From positions 14,333 to 78,332 of the forward strand of contig CAZZKM010000002.1 of NCBI GenBank assembly GCA_964655115.1: DNA of 64,000 bases, given 5' to 3'. Shown one piece after another: positions 44,657-60,448 of the stretch (position 1 is its first letter; each line of letters begins with the position of its first letter). Origin of the DNA: an uncultured Bifidobacterium sp. (GTDB taxonomy: Bacteria > Actinomycetota > Actinomycetes > S36-B12 > UBA5976). Below the pieces are notes generated by a model. It was not told the origin of the DNA, did not search any database, and was given only the letters and a program-made list of their open reading frames with translations. The translations under genes and the position numbers were made by a program.

Positions 44657-44952
44657 TATTCTTCATCCAATATTCTTGGCACTTTAAATTTGTCATCTTC
44701 ACTTGCTGGGGCAGATTTTAAAATTTCTTCACGTTTTAAGGATGGTTTTGTTTCATCTTGTCGAAAAATATTTACAGCTCCTGTGGCATGTGACATGGGC
44801 TGAATATTTTTAGTGTCAACTTCTCCAACTTTTGCAACAGATTCCAAGATAATTTCTAATTGTTTAGCATATTCATCTAATTCGGATTCTGCTAAATCTA
44901 ATCTGGCTAGTTTTGCTAAATTAGCAACTTCTTCTTTAGATATTTTTGACAC
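44656..44952 (-). CDS. gatC: Asp/Glu-tRNA(Asn/Gln) amidotransferase subunit C
   Basis: 98 aa. ..[20 protein letters not shown]... matches the GatC pattern. 1-nt overlap with gatA. Confidence 0.93.
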   Translation of the reverse strand: MSKISKEEVANLAKLARLDLAESELDEYAKQLEIILESVAKVGEVDTKNIQPMSHATGAVNIFRQDETKPSLKREEILKSAPASEDDKFKVPRILDEE

Positions 44953-44969
44953 GTTTATTATCTTATTAT

Positions 44970-48222
<3,253 letters not shown>

Positions 48223-48226
<4 letters not shown>

Positions 48227-49398
48227 GACTTCACTGCTGGTTTTCCAGCTCTTCTTGCTCTTTCAACAACAGCAGGTAAAACATTTATTACATCTGTTAC
48301 ATCATCTGGAGTTGAAGTAGTTCCAAATGAAAATCTGATTGAACCTCTTGCAGTTTGTTCGTCTCTTCCCATTGCAAGTAATACGTGTGATGGTTGAGGA
48401 ATACCTGCAGAGCATGCAGAACCAGTTGAACATTCAATTCCTTGAGCATCTAACAACATTAATACAGCATCGCCTTCGCAACCTTTAAAAGTAAAATGAA
48501 CATTTCCTGGTAATCGATTTTCAGGATCTCCATTTAAAACCACATCTGGAATAATTTCTTGAACTTTGTTGATTAAATCTTTTCTTAATGAAGTTAATCT
48601 TGTAGCACGATTAAATCTTTGGCTTACGGCAACTTTTATAGCTGCTGCAAATCCAGCAATTTGAGGCGCAGCTAAAGTTCCAGATCTAACTTCTCTTTCT
48701 TGTCCACCTCCATGTAAAACTGGAGTTAGTTCAATATCTCTTTTAATAACCAAAACACCAATTCCTTGGGGTCCACCAACTTTGTGTCCACTAACGGTTA
48801 ATGCATCAAGCCCTGAATCTTGAAAGTGAACTTCTAAACAACCCACTGCTTGAACAGCATCTGAGTGAATTGGAATTTCAAATTCTTTTGCAACTTTTAC
48901 TAAATCTTTAATTGGTTGAACAGTACCTACTTCATTATTTGCCCACATCACACTAATAAATGAAACGTCTGCTGGATTTTTTTCGATTGCTTTTTTTAAA
49001 GTTTCAGCACTTACTCTGCCAAATTCATCTACTGGTAATAATTCAACAATTGCTTGATCATGTTCTTTAAGCCACAAGACTGGATCTAAAACAGCATGAT
49101 GTTCAACTGCTGAAATCAGAATTCTATTTCGCTTTGAATCTTTTTTAATTCTTGACCAAAACAAACCTTTAATTGCTAAATTATTGGATTCAGTTCCACC
49201 GGAGGTAAATATGACTTCAACAGGTCTTGCGCCAAGAGCTGCAGCAATTACTTCGCGGGATTCTTCAACAACTTTTCTAGCTCTTCTTCCAGAAGTATGT
49301 AATGATGAAGGATTTCCAGGTTTAGCCAATTCTGCTGTCATCGCAGCAACTGCCTCAGGCAACATTGGAGTTGTGGCTGCGTGATCTAAATAAGTCAT
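48223..49398 (-). CDS. Cysteine desulfurase (NifS/IscS family)
   Basis: 391 aa. YLDHAATTP N-terminus, PLP-lysine region SGHKVGGPQGIG, active-site GSACSAG. Confidence 0.92.
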
Positions 49399-49417
49399 AA
49401 CCTCAAGTTTAGACGAT

Positions 49418-50344
49418 TTAGAACAATGCGCTTGCGAGGTCTCTTCGAGCCTTTAATACGTGAGGATCATTGTCGCCTACCACGACAAATAATTCTAAAA
49501 GTCTTTCTCTCAATTTATCTCTGTCTTGCCCGCTAGTTATTTTTATAACAGCAATTAAAGCATTAAATCCTGCTTCTGGATTTCCTTTCATAAGCTCTAA
49601 ATCTGCTAATTGTAATTGCGCATCAACATTTTTCTTATCACTTGCATTTTTTCTAATCTCATTTTCATTTAAAGTTGTAGATCTTTCTAGCAATCCAACT
49701 TGAGCAAGTCCTGCAATGGCCATTTCATCTTTTGGGTTCTGATTAAGCATTTCTTGATAAATTGTTTTTGCTTGTCCAAAATCTCCTTTTTCAATAGCAT
49801 TAAATGCTGCTTCAAGTTTTGGATCAGTTTTTGGTTCCTCTGTTTGAACTTCTGGTTGTTCTTCAGTTTGATCTTGTGCAACTGTGCCTTTAACACCTTG
49901 TTCATTTGCAATTCTGATTACTTCTGTTAAAACTTGTCGCACTTGTGCTTCAGGCATTGCCCCTTGAAATAAAGGTGCAGCAGATCCTGCAATTATTGCA
50001 AAAACTGCAGGAATAGATTGAACTTGAAAGGCAGCAGCAATATTTTGATTTTTATCAATATCAACTTTTGCCAAAATAAATTTTCCATTAAATTCTGCAG
50101 CTATTTTTTCTAAAACTGGGGAAAGTTGTTTACAAGGACCACACCACTCAGCCCATAAATCAACAACAACTGGAACTTGATTTGATGCATCAATTACTTT
50201 TTGTTGGAAATCACTTTCATCAACGTCAATTACAACTCCGCTAGGTGCATTTGCCAAAGCAGAATTAGCTGCACTTTGTGCTTGTCTTGCTTGGGCAAGA
50301 GCGCCTAAATCAATCGCGCCACGCATTGGAATTGAGCCAGCCAA
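49418..50344 (-). CDS. Thioredoxin-domain plus TPR-like protein (YbbN/Rv1324-like)
   Basis: 308 aa. WCGPC motif (WAEWCGPCKQL) followed by a helical TPR-like C-terminal half. The start is uncertain (TTG 50344 or ATG 50326). Confidence 0.8.
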   Translation of the reverse strand: MAGSIPMRGAIDLGALAQARQAQSAANSALANAPSGVVIDVDESDFQQKVIDASNQVPVVVDLWAEWCGPCKQLSPVLEKIAAEFNGKFILAKVDIDKNQNIAAAFQVQSIPAVFAIIAGSAAPLFQGAMPEAQVRQVLTEVIRIANEQGVKGTVAQDQTEEQPEVQTEEPKTDPKLEAAFNAIEKGDFGQAKTIYQEMLNQNPKDEMAIAGLAQVGLLERSTTLNENEIRKNASDKKNVDAQLQLADLELMKGNPEAGFNALIAVIKITSGQDRDKLRERLLELFVVVGDNDPHVLKARRDLASALF

Positions 50345-50387
50345 AATTTAATTCACCTTCAAACTTTTTAATTAACTCTAAGAATAG

Positions 50388-51125
50388 TTAAATGTCATTC
50401 CACTTTTCCATTGGACCATCCCAATTTGTGGGCAGAGGAACTTTATTTGGTGCAACTAAATTAATTATGTGATTCAAAACCTTTTGCACGCTAGGTTCTC
50501 CAACCCATAAGTGTTTAGCACCTGGTTCTGCAATTATTTTGATATTTGGACAAATCGCAAATTTTTCTCTTGCTTCATCCGGTTTTAAATAATCATCTAA
50601 TTCAGGAATCAATGCAATTACTGGAAAATTAACATTTTTCCATCTTGCTAAATCTTCTTGTGTAGTAAATCGCAAAGGTGGAGAAATTAAAACCACACCA
50701 CTTAATTCTTGGTCATAAGCATGTCTCAAAGTCACATCAGTACCAAATGACCAACCAACTACAAAAGGTTTTCCTAGATTATTTTTTTTCACATACTCAA
50801 TTGCGGCTAATAAATCTTTACCTTCATCATTTGAGGAGTCAAAATTTCCTGTGCTTCTACCTAATTTGGAACAAGTTCCTCTGGTATTAAATCTAATGAC
50901 ATTTATTCCTGCTAGAGCTGGAAATCTCCAAGATATCTTTCGCAGTAAATGACTATCCGTATTTCCGCCATGGGTTGGTAATGGATGAACCGTAATAATT
51001 GTGGCAATTGCTTTTTTGTCTATTGGAGTTGCAATTTCTCCCACTAAAGTTTGACCATCAGTTGTTTCTAAATGAATTAATTCTCTTTTGGCAGGTAAAA
51101 CTGAATTAGAAACTATTTCTGTCAT
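50388..51125 (-). CDS. Alpha/beta-fold hydrolase, function unknown
   Basis: 245 aa. Nucleophile-elbow-like GWSFG and the overall alpha/beta hydrolase length and pattern. Confidence 0.65.
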   Translation of the reverse strand: MTEIVSNSVLPAKRELIHLETTDGQTLVGEIATPIDKKAIATIITVHPLPTHGGNTDSHLLRKISWRFPALAGINVIRFNTRGTCSKLGRSTGNFDSSNDEGKDLLAAIEYVKKNNLGKPFVVGWSFGTDVTLRHAYDQELSGVVLISPPLRFTTQEDLARWKNVNFPVIALIPELDDYLKPDEAREKFAICPNIKIIAEPGAKHLWVGEPSVQKVLNHIINLVAPNKVPLPTNWDGPMEKWNDI

Positions 51126-51416
51126 TTAATCTTCTCTTTTATATTTCTTTCTGTTTGTGTTCCAGCAAGGAGTGTGCCAATGTCTTCTATCTTCCAACTG
51201 ACCTGTTATGTATGCAACTGTATGAGGAGTAGCAGTTCTAATTTCTTGATCACAACCTGGACATCTATACGGCTTTGTAGCAGCAGAACCTGTTACTCGT
51301 CTAACTATCCAATCTCCGTCATTCCAACTCTCACTTTTTTCAATGCCCATCAAACGATTAACGTCAAAACTAGTATCTAGTTTTTTAGTTTTTTTATCTT
51401 TATTTCTTCTTGGCAT
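51126..51416 (-). CDS. Conserved actinobacterial small basic protein with CPGC...H..C pattern (Rv1322A-position homologue)
   Basis: 96 aa. ..YRCPGCDQEI....HTV.....RRHWHTPCW. Directly follows nucS. No assignable function. Confidence 0.6.
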   Translation of the reverse strand: MPRRNKDKKTKKLDTSFDVNRLMGIEKSESWNDGDWIVRRVTGSAATKPYRCPGCDQEIRTATPHTVAYITGQLEDRRHWHTPCWNTNRKKYKRED

Positions 51417-51425
51417 TGTTCTATC

Positions 51426-52097
51426 CTAAAACAATCTTTCATCTTTTCGATCAAAACCACGTAATGCTTCATAATCAACAACCACACATCTGATTCCTCT
51501 ATCTTCAGCCAATATTTTTGCTTGTGGTTTTATTTCTTGTGCTGCAAAAATTCCACTGACTGGTGCAAGTAATGGATCTCTATTAAGTAGCTCTAAATAT
51601 CTAGTTAATTGTTCTACTCCATCAATTTCTCCACGTCTTTTGACTTCTATTGCTACATTTTTTCCATTTTCGTCCTTGCACAAAAGATCAACTGGACCAA
51701 TCGCTGTTGGATATTCGCGTCTAACCAGATGCCAATTTTTTCCAAAAGTTTCCAAATGAATTGCTAACAATTCTTGAAGATGAGCTTCTACGCCATCTTT
51801 AACTAATCCTGGATCCACTCCTAAATCGTGAGTGGAATTATGAATAACTTCAGAAACTGTAATAATTAACTTTTCTTGTGCTTTATTTTCAACAGTTATT
51901 ATCTTTTTATTTTCTTCATTTATCTCTTTTATGACACATGGTGGACTCATCCAATTAAGTGGCTTGTATGCACGATCATCTGCATGAATAGAAACAGAGC
52001 CATCTACTTTGAAAAGAATAAGTCTTGTGGCTTCTGGTAAATGAGCAGTAAGTCTGCCCACATAATCAACTGTGCACTTGGCCACGAGAAGTCTCAT
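51426..52097 (-). CDS. nucS: Endonuclease NucS (EndoMS), non-canonical mismatch repair
   Basis: 223 aa. [22 protein letters not shown]-terminus and a RecB-like nuclease C-terminal half (D...EVKR). Confidence 0.93.
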   Translation of the reverse strand: MRLLVAKCTVDYVGRLTAHLPEATRLILFKVDGSVSIHADDRAYKPLNWMSPPCVIKEINEENKKIITVENKAQEKLIITVSEVIHNSTHDLGVDPGLVKDGVEAHLQELLAIHLETFGKNWHLVRREYPTAIGPVDLLCKDENGKNVAIEVKRRGEIDGVEQLTRYLELLNRDPLLAPVSGIFAAQEIKPQAKILAEDRGIRCVVVDYEALRGFDRKDERLF

Positions 52098-52142
52098 AAC
52101 TTGATGATGCCGGATTGCTAAAAGTGCGCAACAATTGCATAC

Positions 52143-52472
52143 ATGATGACTTGGGGCAGTACTACTTATTTACTTCTTCCCTTAATGGTGGGATTTGGAA
52201 TTTTAATTTTGGTGGCAATTTTAAAGTGGGCCTATAGTCCTAAAAAATCTTCATTGATTGAAAGACCAACAAAAGCAAGCTTTAAAGATGATTATGGAGT
52301 GTTAGTTCCTATTGCAAATCCTGAAAATTATGCAGATGGTGAAAAATTACGACAAAAATTAATAGCAAATAACATAAAAGCAACATTAGCTTTTACTCTA
52401 GAAGGACCTCAAATTATGGTTTGGCCAAAAGATGAGAAAATTGCAAAGGAACTTTTAAAAAAGTTAGTTTAA
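52143..52472 (+). CDS. Hypothetical membrane-anchored protein
   Basis: 109 aa. One N-terminal TM helix, then a small soluble alpha/beta-like domain. No confident family call. Confidence 0.5.
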   Translation: MMTWGSTTYLLLPLMVGFGILILVAILKWAYSPKKSSLIERPTKASFKDDYGVLVPIANPENYADGEKLRQKLIANNIKATLAFTLEGPQIMVWPKDEKIAKELLKKLV

Positions 52473-52473
52473 A

Positions 52474-53046
52474 TTATCTGTTTGCACCAGGAACCCATAA
52501 AACATCTCCTTGGTTCCTATTTGCATATCGAGCAAGCACAAACAATAAATCCGATAAACGATTCAAATATCTTGCTGGAGTTTCTGTCATAACAATCTTA
52601 TGAGCAGTTAAAGCTGTCCAAGTTGATCTTTCCGCACGTCTGACAATAGTTCTTGCCACATGAAGTAATGCAGCACCTGCAGTTCCTCCAGGAAGAATAA
52701 ATGAATTAAGCGGTTGTAAAAATGAGTTGTAATGATCAATTGCTTTTTCTAAAGCATCAACATAATTTGGTAAAACTCTTAATTGAGGCATATCGTTTTT
52801 CTTGCCTACTGGGGTTGCTAAATCTGCACCCACATCAAATAAATCATTTTGCACTCTGGTTAATAAATCTTTTACATCTTGATCAAGATCACCCATCGCA
52901 ATTGCTACACCGATTGCAGAATTTGCTTCATCAACATCTGCAAAAGCTTCAAGTCTTAAATCTGTTTTTAAAGCTCTAGACATATCTCCCAAAGCCGTGG
53001 TTCCATCATCACCAGTGCGGGTATAGATGCGAGTTAAATTAACCAT
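52474..53046 (-). CDS. ATP:cob(I)alamin adenosyltransferase, PduO type
   Basis: 190 aa. N-terminal IYTRTGDDGTT motif. Same position as Rv1314c next to murA. Confidence 0.88.
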   Translation of the reverse strand: MVNLTRIYTRTGDDGTTALGDMSRALKTDLRLEAFADVDEANSAIGVAIAMGDLDQDVKDLLTRVQNDLFDVGADLATPVGKKNDMPQLRVLPNYVDALEKAIDHYNSFLQPLNSFILPGGTAGAALLHVARTIVRRAERSTWTALTAHKIVMTETPARYLNRLSDLLFVLARYANRNQGDVLWVPGANR

Positions 53047-53105
53047 GAGTAGAGCCTATGTCTGAACTGCAGTTTGCACACTTTGGTTGGGTACTCTGGT
53101 GAGTC

Positions 53106-54368
53106 ATGGAAGCGTTTAAAGTTGAAAAGTCTGGTCCACTTAAGGGTGATGTCTTTGTGCCTGGTGCAAAAAATAGTGTTTTAAAACTAATGGCTGCATC
53201 CCTTATGGCTCAAGGAACCACAACTTTAACAAATGTCCCAAATATTTTAGATGTAGAAATAATGGCTGAATTACTTAGACGATTAGGTTGCCAAGTAATT
53301 CATGATTCAAATTCTTCAACTTTAGAAATTGCTGTACCAGAAAAAATTGGACACAAAGCAGATTATGACTTAGTAAGAAAAATGCGAGCATCTATTTCAG
53401 TTTTAGGACCATTAGTGGCACGTTGTTTCGAAGCAGACATAGCACTACCTGGTGGTGATGCAATTGGTTCACGTGGTTTAGATATTCATTTGCAAGGTTT
53501 AGAAAAATTAGGTTGCGATGTACGAAGTGAACATGGTTATTTAATTGTTAGAGCAGAAAATGGTTTATCTGGAACAAATATTGCCTTAGATTTTCCAAGT
53601 GTTGGAGCAACAGAAAATGTGGTTATGGCGGCAACCCTTGCTAAAGGGACTTCCACAATTGAAAATGTTGCCCGCGAACCAGAAATTGTTGATCTGTGCC
53701 AAATGTTAGTAAAAATGGGCGCAAAGATTGATGGTATTGGTTCAAGTGTTTTAGAAATTACTGGTGTAGAAAAATTAAATCCCACTAAGCACGATGTGGT
53801 GCCTGATCGAATCGTGGCAGGAACTTGGGCAATTGCAGCTGTCATGACGCAAGGTGACATAACAATTCATGGAGTACGTCCAAATGATATGGAATTGGTT
53901 TTAGAGAAATTACGCGATTGTGGTGCAGAAATTAAATCTGTGGAAGATCGTTTACATGTCACAATGCGTCAAAGACCAAGCTCGGTAGACATAGTCACAC
54001 TTCCCTACCCAGGTTTTCCAACAGATTTACAACCTCAAATGATTGCTCTTAATTCAATTGCTAATGGTTCTTCTATGGTTACAGAAAATTTATTTGAAGC
54101 AAGATTTAGATTTGTAAACGAATTAGCTCGACTTGGCGCGGATGTAAAAATAAATGGACATCACTGTTTAGTCAGAGGTATTGAACATTTATCTGGAGCA
54201 CCTGTTGAAGGAACCGATGTAAGAGCTGGTGCTTCATTAGTTTTGGCAGGACTTGTCGCAGATGGCATAACTTATGTTCATGAAGTTCATCATGTTGATA
54301 GAGGCTATGCAAATTTTGTTGAAAACTTACAAAACTTGGGAGCTAAAGTCTCTCGAGTTCAGATGTAA
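53106..54368 (+). CDS. murA: UDP-N-acetylglucosamine 1-carboxyvinyltransferase
   Basis: 420 aa EPSP-synthase-like fold. [13 protein letters not shown] near the N-terminus. Confidence 0.95.
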   Translation: MEAFKVEKSGPLKGDVFVPGAKNSVLKLMAASLMAQGTTTLTNVPNILDVEIMAELLRRLGCQVIHDSNSSTLEIAVPEKIGHKADYDLVRKMRASISVLGPLVARCFEADIALPGGDAIGSRGLDIHLQGLEKLGCDVRSEHGYLIVRAENGLSGTNIALDFPSVGATENVVMAATLAKGTSTIENVAREPEIVDLCQMLVKMGAKIDGIGSSVLEITGVEKLNPTKHDVVPDRIVAGTWAIAAVMTQGDITIHGVRPNDMELVLEKLRDCGAEIKSVEDRLHVTMRQRPSSVDIVTLPYPGFPTDLQPQMIALNSIANGSSMVTENLFEARFRFVNELARLGADVKINGHHCLVRGIEHLSGAPVEGTDVRAGASLVLAGLVADGITYVHEVHHVDRGYANFVENLQNLGAKVSRVQM

Positions 54369-55092
54369 AACTTGATAGATAACTAATTAATTCTTCCCTA
54401 TTTCTGACTGCTAATTCAGAATAAATTTTACTTATTTCTTGCTTGATAGTTGAAATACTATAGCCAAGAAAATCTGCTATTTCGGTATTCGAATTATCTT
54501 GCATTAAAAGATTTACAATCTGTTTTTGCCTTCTAGTTAAATTTTTCACTTTATTATTTTCGACTAAAGAATCAATTCTTTTCTCATAATCTTGGTCAAG
54601 TTTGATGCCAGATAAATTACTTAATATTTGAATCAAGGATTCAAAGACTGGACTTGGGGACAATTCTCGATCAGAAAATAAACCTAGAACAACTTTAGGA
54701 TATTTTAAGCTTGAATACGGAACTGCAATAAAAGTCTTTGATCTATTGTCTAATTCAAAATTTGCTAATTCCCTATATTCTTCAGACCAGTATGGAAGAG
54801 TATTAACCCACACAATTTTGTTTTCTTTTATTGCATCGGTAACAGGCACTTTTCTCTCAATTGGAAATTCAAGCCACTCACTTCCAAAGGTTTTAGTAAT
54901 TCCGAATTGGCCTGAAGTTTTTACAGTGCCTTTATTGGTTGTATGCACAATAAAGGAAGAAATAATTCCATAGTTTTTTAATGAGTTGGTTACTAAATGA
55001 TGACAAATATCTTGTTCTGTTAAATTCGGATACTTTAAAAATTCAATGAATTCTTGGATTATGACAATTGAGTTTTGCCAATCATCTAACAC
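54343..55092 (-). CDS. LuxR-family transcriptional regulator with N-terminal GAF-like sensor region
   Basis: 249 aa. C-terminal LuxR HTH ([40 protein letters not shown]). The N-terminal ~170 aa are uncharacterised. GTG start with AGAAGAGG upstream. The 3' end overlaps murA by 26 nt. Confidence 0.78.
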   Translation of the reverse strand: MLDDWQNSIVIIQEFIEFLKYPNLTEQDICHHLVTNSLKNYGIISSFIVHTTNKGTVKTSGQFGITKTFGSEWLEFPIERKVPVTDAIKENKIVWVNTLPYWSEEYRELANFELDNRSKTFIAVPYSSLKYPKVVLGLFSDRELSPSPVFESLIQILSNLSGIKLDQDYEKRIDSLVENNKVKNLTRRQKQIVNLLMQDNSNTEIADFLGYSISTIKQEISKIYSELAVRNREELISYLSSFTSELERL

Positions 55093-55184
55093 AAGAGACC
55101 TCTTCTAGTTAAGTAACCTAATTAAACGCCATCAAGTATTTATAGGTCAATAATTTTTAGAAATGTCCGATTTTTGTGGTGAGA

Positions 55185-55388
55185 TTAAATGAAGATAAAA
55201 AGAAATACTAAAAGCACTTTAGGAGAATTCTTAATCATTTCCATTATGTAATCGAAATCAAATCTGGCATGACCACCAGGTGTCGTGATGGCTTTTAATT
55301 TATTTGCCTGGACCCATCTTTTTACAGTTTTTGGATTTACCTTAAAAAGCTCTGCGACCTCACCAGGTCTTAACATTCTCTTTGACAC
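55185..55388 (-). CDS. Small MerR/excisionase-type HTH protein, BldC-like
   Basis: Core LRPGEVAELFKVNPKTVKRWVQANKLKAITTPGGHARF resembles Streptomyces BldC (from memory). I prefer GTG 55388 (GGGAAG 8 nt upstream). ATG 55376 is the alternative. The track's longer N-terminus looks spurious. Confidence 0.65.
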   Translation of the reverse strand: MSKRMLRPGEVAELFKVNPKTVKRWVQANKLKAITTPGGHARFDFDYIMEMIKNSPKVLLVFLFIFI

Positions 55389-55530
55389 GTTTACTACTTC
55401 CCTACAAACTTCAATGAAACAAATATTGCTACGAGAGTCAAAGGATTTGCTAGGCCAAAAGTGGACAAAAAAGTTCAAAAATAACTGCCCTAAAACACTT
55501 AACTAGTTTTATGTGAGGCAGAATGTCACT

Positions 55531-55992
55531 ATGACAAGTTTAAAAGATCAATTAAAACAGGATTTGACTCAAAGTCTAAAAGATCAAGATGCCATAAAGT
55601 CTTCTACCTTAAGAATGGCATTAACTGCAATTACAAATGAAGAAGTTTCTGGAAAAGAAGCGAAAGTTTTATCTGATACAGAAGTTTTAAGTGTGCTAAC
55701 TAAAGAAGCTAAAAAAAGAAAAGAATCAGTTGAAGCATTCAATCAAGCAAATAGAAAAGATTTAGCTGACAAGGAAGCTCAAGAGTTAACTGTTTTAGAA
55801 AAATATTTACCAACTGCACTAACAGAAGATGAATTAAACAAAATTATTGATGAAGCAATCGAGGAAGCAAAAGCAAGTGGTGCCGAAGGCATGAAAGCAA
55901 TGGGAGTAGTTATGAAAATTGTTCAACCTAAAACTGTGGGAAGAACAGATGGTGCGCTTTTAGCAGCTAAAGTTAAAGAAAAACTGAATTAG
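55531..55992 (+). CDS. GatB/YqeY-domain protein
   Basis: 153 aa from ATG 55531 (MTSLKDQLKQDLTQSLKDQD...), a typical YqeY pattern. The track start at GTG 55513 is the alternative. Confidence 0.82.
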   Translation: MTSLKDQLKQDLTQSLKDQDAIKSSTLRMALTAITNEEVSGKEAKVLSDTEVLSVLTKEAKKRKESVEAFNQANRKDLADKEAQELTVLEKYLPTALTEDELNKIIDEAIEEAKASGAEGMKAMGVVMKIVQPKTVGRTDGALLAAKVKEKLN

Positions 55993-56354
55993 TTTCCAGT
56001 TATTGCTAAACGAGATTCGGCACGTTTAAGTGCTTCTTTATCTCCTGATTTAATTGCTTCTTCTTTTGCAATTTGCGCACGTTTGATATCAATTTGACTT
56101 GCTAACTCTGCAGTTTCAGCTAACACGATTACGTTATTGCTATCAACTGTGACAAAACCGCCATGAATTGCTGCTTTAATTTCTTCACCCTCTAAAGGTT
56201 TAATACTGATCGGGCCATCTGCCAAGGAAGCAAGCAAAGGTGAGTGTCCTGGAAGTAAACCGATTTCACCTGATTTAGTTCGTAACACAACTCTGCTTGC
56301 TTCGCCTGACCAAACTTGTGAGTCAGTTGCAACAACTTCAACTTTTAATGGCAT
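55989..56354 (-). CDS. atpC: F1 ATP synthase epsilon subunit
   Basis: 121 aa. Last gene of the atp operon, beta-sandwich N-terminus (..VVATDSQVWSGEA..). Confidence 0.92.
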   Translation of the reverse strand: MPLKVEVVATDSQVWSGEASRVVLRTKSGEIGLLPGHSPLLASLADGPISIKPLEGEEIKAAIHGGFVTVDSNNVIVLAETAELASQIDIKRAQIAKEEAIKSGDKEALKRAESRLAITGN

Positions 56355-56363
56355 CTGTATTTT

Positions 56364-58741
<2,378 letters not shown>

Positions 58742-58750
58742 TTTTAGTCT

Positions 58751-60385
58751 TTATGCTCTCTTCTGAATTTTGATTTGTGCTTGTTCAACATCTTCTTCAG
58801 CTAATGCTTCAACATCTGTGTCGACTAATAGTGGTTGGCCATTAGCTTTCACAAATTGTTTTTTGAAGTTATTAATTGATGTTTTTAAAGTTTCTATATC
58901 TGAATCACTTAGATCTCTAGTTTCTCTAATTGATTTCAATACATCACTTTGTTCACGATCTAGATAGTTATGGAATTCAACTTCGAATCTAGAAATGTCA
59001 TCAACTGGCACATCATCTAAATTTCCAGTAGTTCCAGCCCATAAAGATGCAACTGCTTTTTCCATTGGAAGTGGTGCGTATTGACCTTGGATCAATAATT
59101 GAACCAATCTTGATCCTCTTTCCAATTGTTGTTTTGATGCAGCATCAAGATCAGAACCAAAAGCTGCGAATGCTTCTAATTCACGAAATTGAGCCAAATC
59201 CAAACGCAAACGTCCAGCAACTTTTCTCATTGCTTTTGGTTGAGCAGATCCACCTACACGAGATACAGAAATACCTACGTTGATTGCAGGTCTAATACCT
59301 GAGTTGAATAAATCAGTTTCCAAAAATATTTGTCCATCAGTAATAGAAATTACGTTGGTTGGAATATAAGCAGAAACGTCATTAGCTTTAGTTTCAATAA
59401 TTGGCAATCCTGTTAAAGAACCTGCACCTAATTCACTAGATAATTTGGCGCAACGTTCTAATAAACGAGAGTGTAAATAGAAAACATCTCCAGGATAAGC
59501 TTCACGACCTGGTGGACGACGAAGTAGTAAAGAAACTGCACGATAAGCCTCTGCTTGTTTTGTTAAATCGTCAAACACAATAAGTGCAGCTTTTCCTTCA
59601 TACATCCAATGCTGACCAATTGCAGAACCTGCATATGGGGCAATGAATTTAAAACCTGCAGGATCAGATGCAGTTGCAGCAACAATTGTGGTGTATTCAA
59701 GTGCACCGTATTTTTCTAAAGTTGCTCTAACTGATGCAATAGTGGAACCTTTTTGTCCAACTGCTACATAAATACATCTAACTTGTTTCTTTGGATCTCC
59801 TGATTTCCAATTTTCTTTTTGATTGATGATGGCATCAATTGCTAATGCAGTTTTACCTGTGCCACGATCACCAATAATTAATTGGCGTTGTCCTCTACCA
59901 ACTGCAGTCATTGCATCTACTGCTTTGACACCAAACTCTAAAGATTCTTTTACAGGTTGGCGTTCCACAACAGTTGGTGCTTGTAATTCCAAAGCCCGAG
60001 ACGCTGATGCTTTGATTGGACCAAGTCCATCAATTGGATTTCCCAGTGGATCAACTGTTCTTCCTAAAAATGCTTCACCTACTGGAACTTCTAAAACACG
60101 GCCAGTTCTTCTAACTTCTTGTCCTTCTTGGATGCCTGAAGAATCTCCAAGAAGTACTGCGCCGATTTCTGCTACGTCTAAGTTAAGTGCTACACCTAAT
60201 AAACCATTTTCAAATTCAAGTAATTCACTTGTCATTGCGGATGGCAAACCTTCAACACGGGCAATACCGTCACCAGTTTCTGCTACGCGTCCTACTTCAT
60301 CCTTAGTGGTCTTTGGATTGAAGTTGGCAACATTTTTTTCGATAGCACTCCGGATATCTTCAGGTTTGATCTGGAGTTCAGTCAT
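58751..60385 (-). CDS. atpA: F1 ATP synthase alpha subunit
   Basis: 544 aa. Walker A GDRGTGKT. Confidence 0.98.
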   Translation of the reverse strand: MTELQIKPEDIRSAIEKNVANFNPKTTKDEVGRVAETGDGIARVEGLPSAMTSELLEFENGLLGVALNLDVAEIGAVLLGDSSGIQEGQEVRRTGRVLEVPVGEAFLGRTVDPLGNPIDGLGPIKASASRALELQAPTVVERQPVKESLEFGVKAVDAMTAVGRGQRQLIIGDRGTGKTALAIDAIINQKENWKSGDPKKQVRCIYVAVGQKGSTIASVRATLEKYGALEYTTIVAATASDPAGFKFIAPYAGSAIGQHWMYEGKAALIVFDDLTKQAEAYRAVSLLLRRPPGREAYPGDVFYLHSRLLERCAKLSSELGAGSLTGLPIIETKANDVSAYIPTNVISITDGQIFLETDLFNSGIRPAINVGISVSRVGGSAQPKAMRKVAGRLRLDLAQFRELEAFAAFGSDLDAASKQQLERGSRLVQLLIQGQYAPLPMEKAVASLWAGTTGNLDDVPVDDISRFEVEFHNYLDREQSDVLKSIRETRDLSDSDIETLKTSINNFKKQFVKANGQPLLVDTDVEALAEEDVEQAQIKIQKRA

Positions 60386-60413
60386 TTTGGTTACTGCCTT
60401 TCTTCTCTTTTTT

Positions 60414-60440
60414 CTGTTCTTACAAATTTTGTAAAAACAG
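60414..60440 (-). other. Intercistronic inverted repeat between atpH and atpA
   Basis: ctgttcttacaaattttgtaaaaacag. 13-nt arms complementary, with one G-U on the minus-strand RNA. Confidence 0.3.
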
Positions 60441-60448
60441 GAAGTTTC

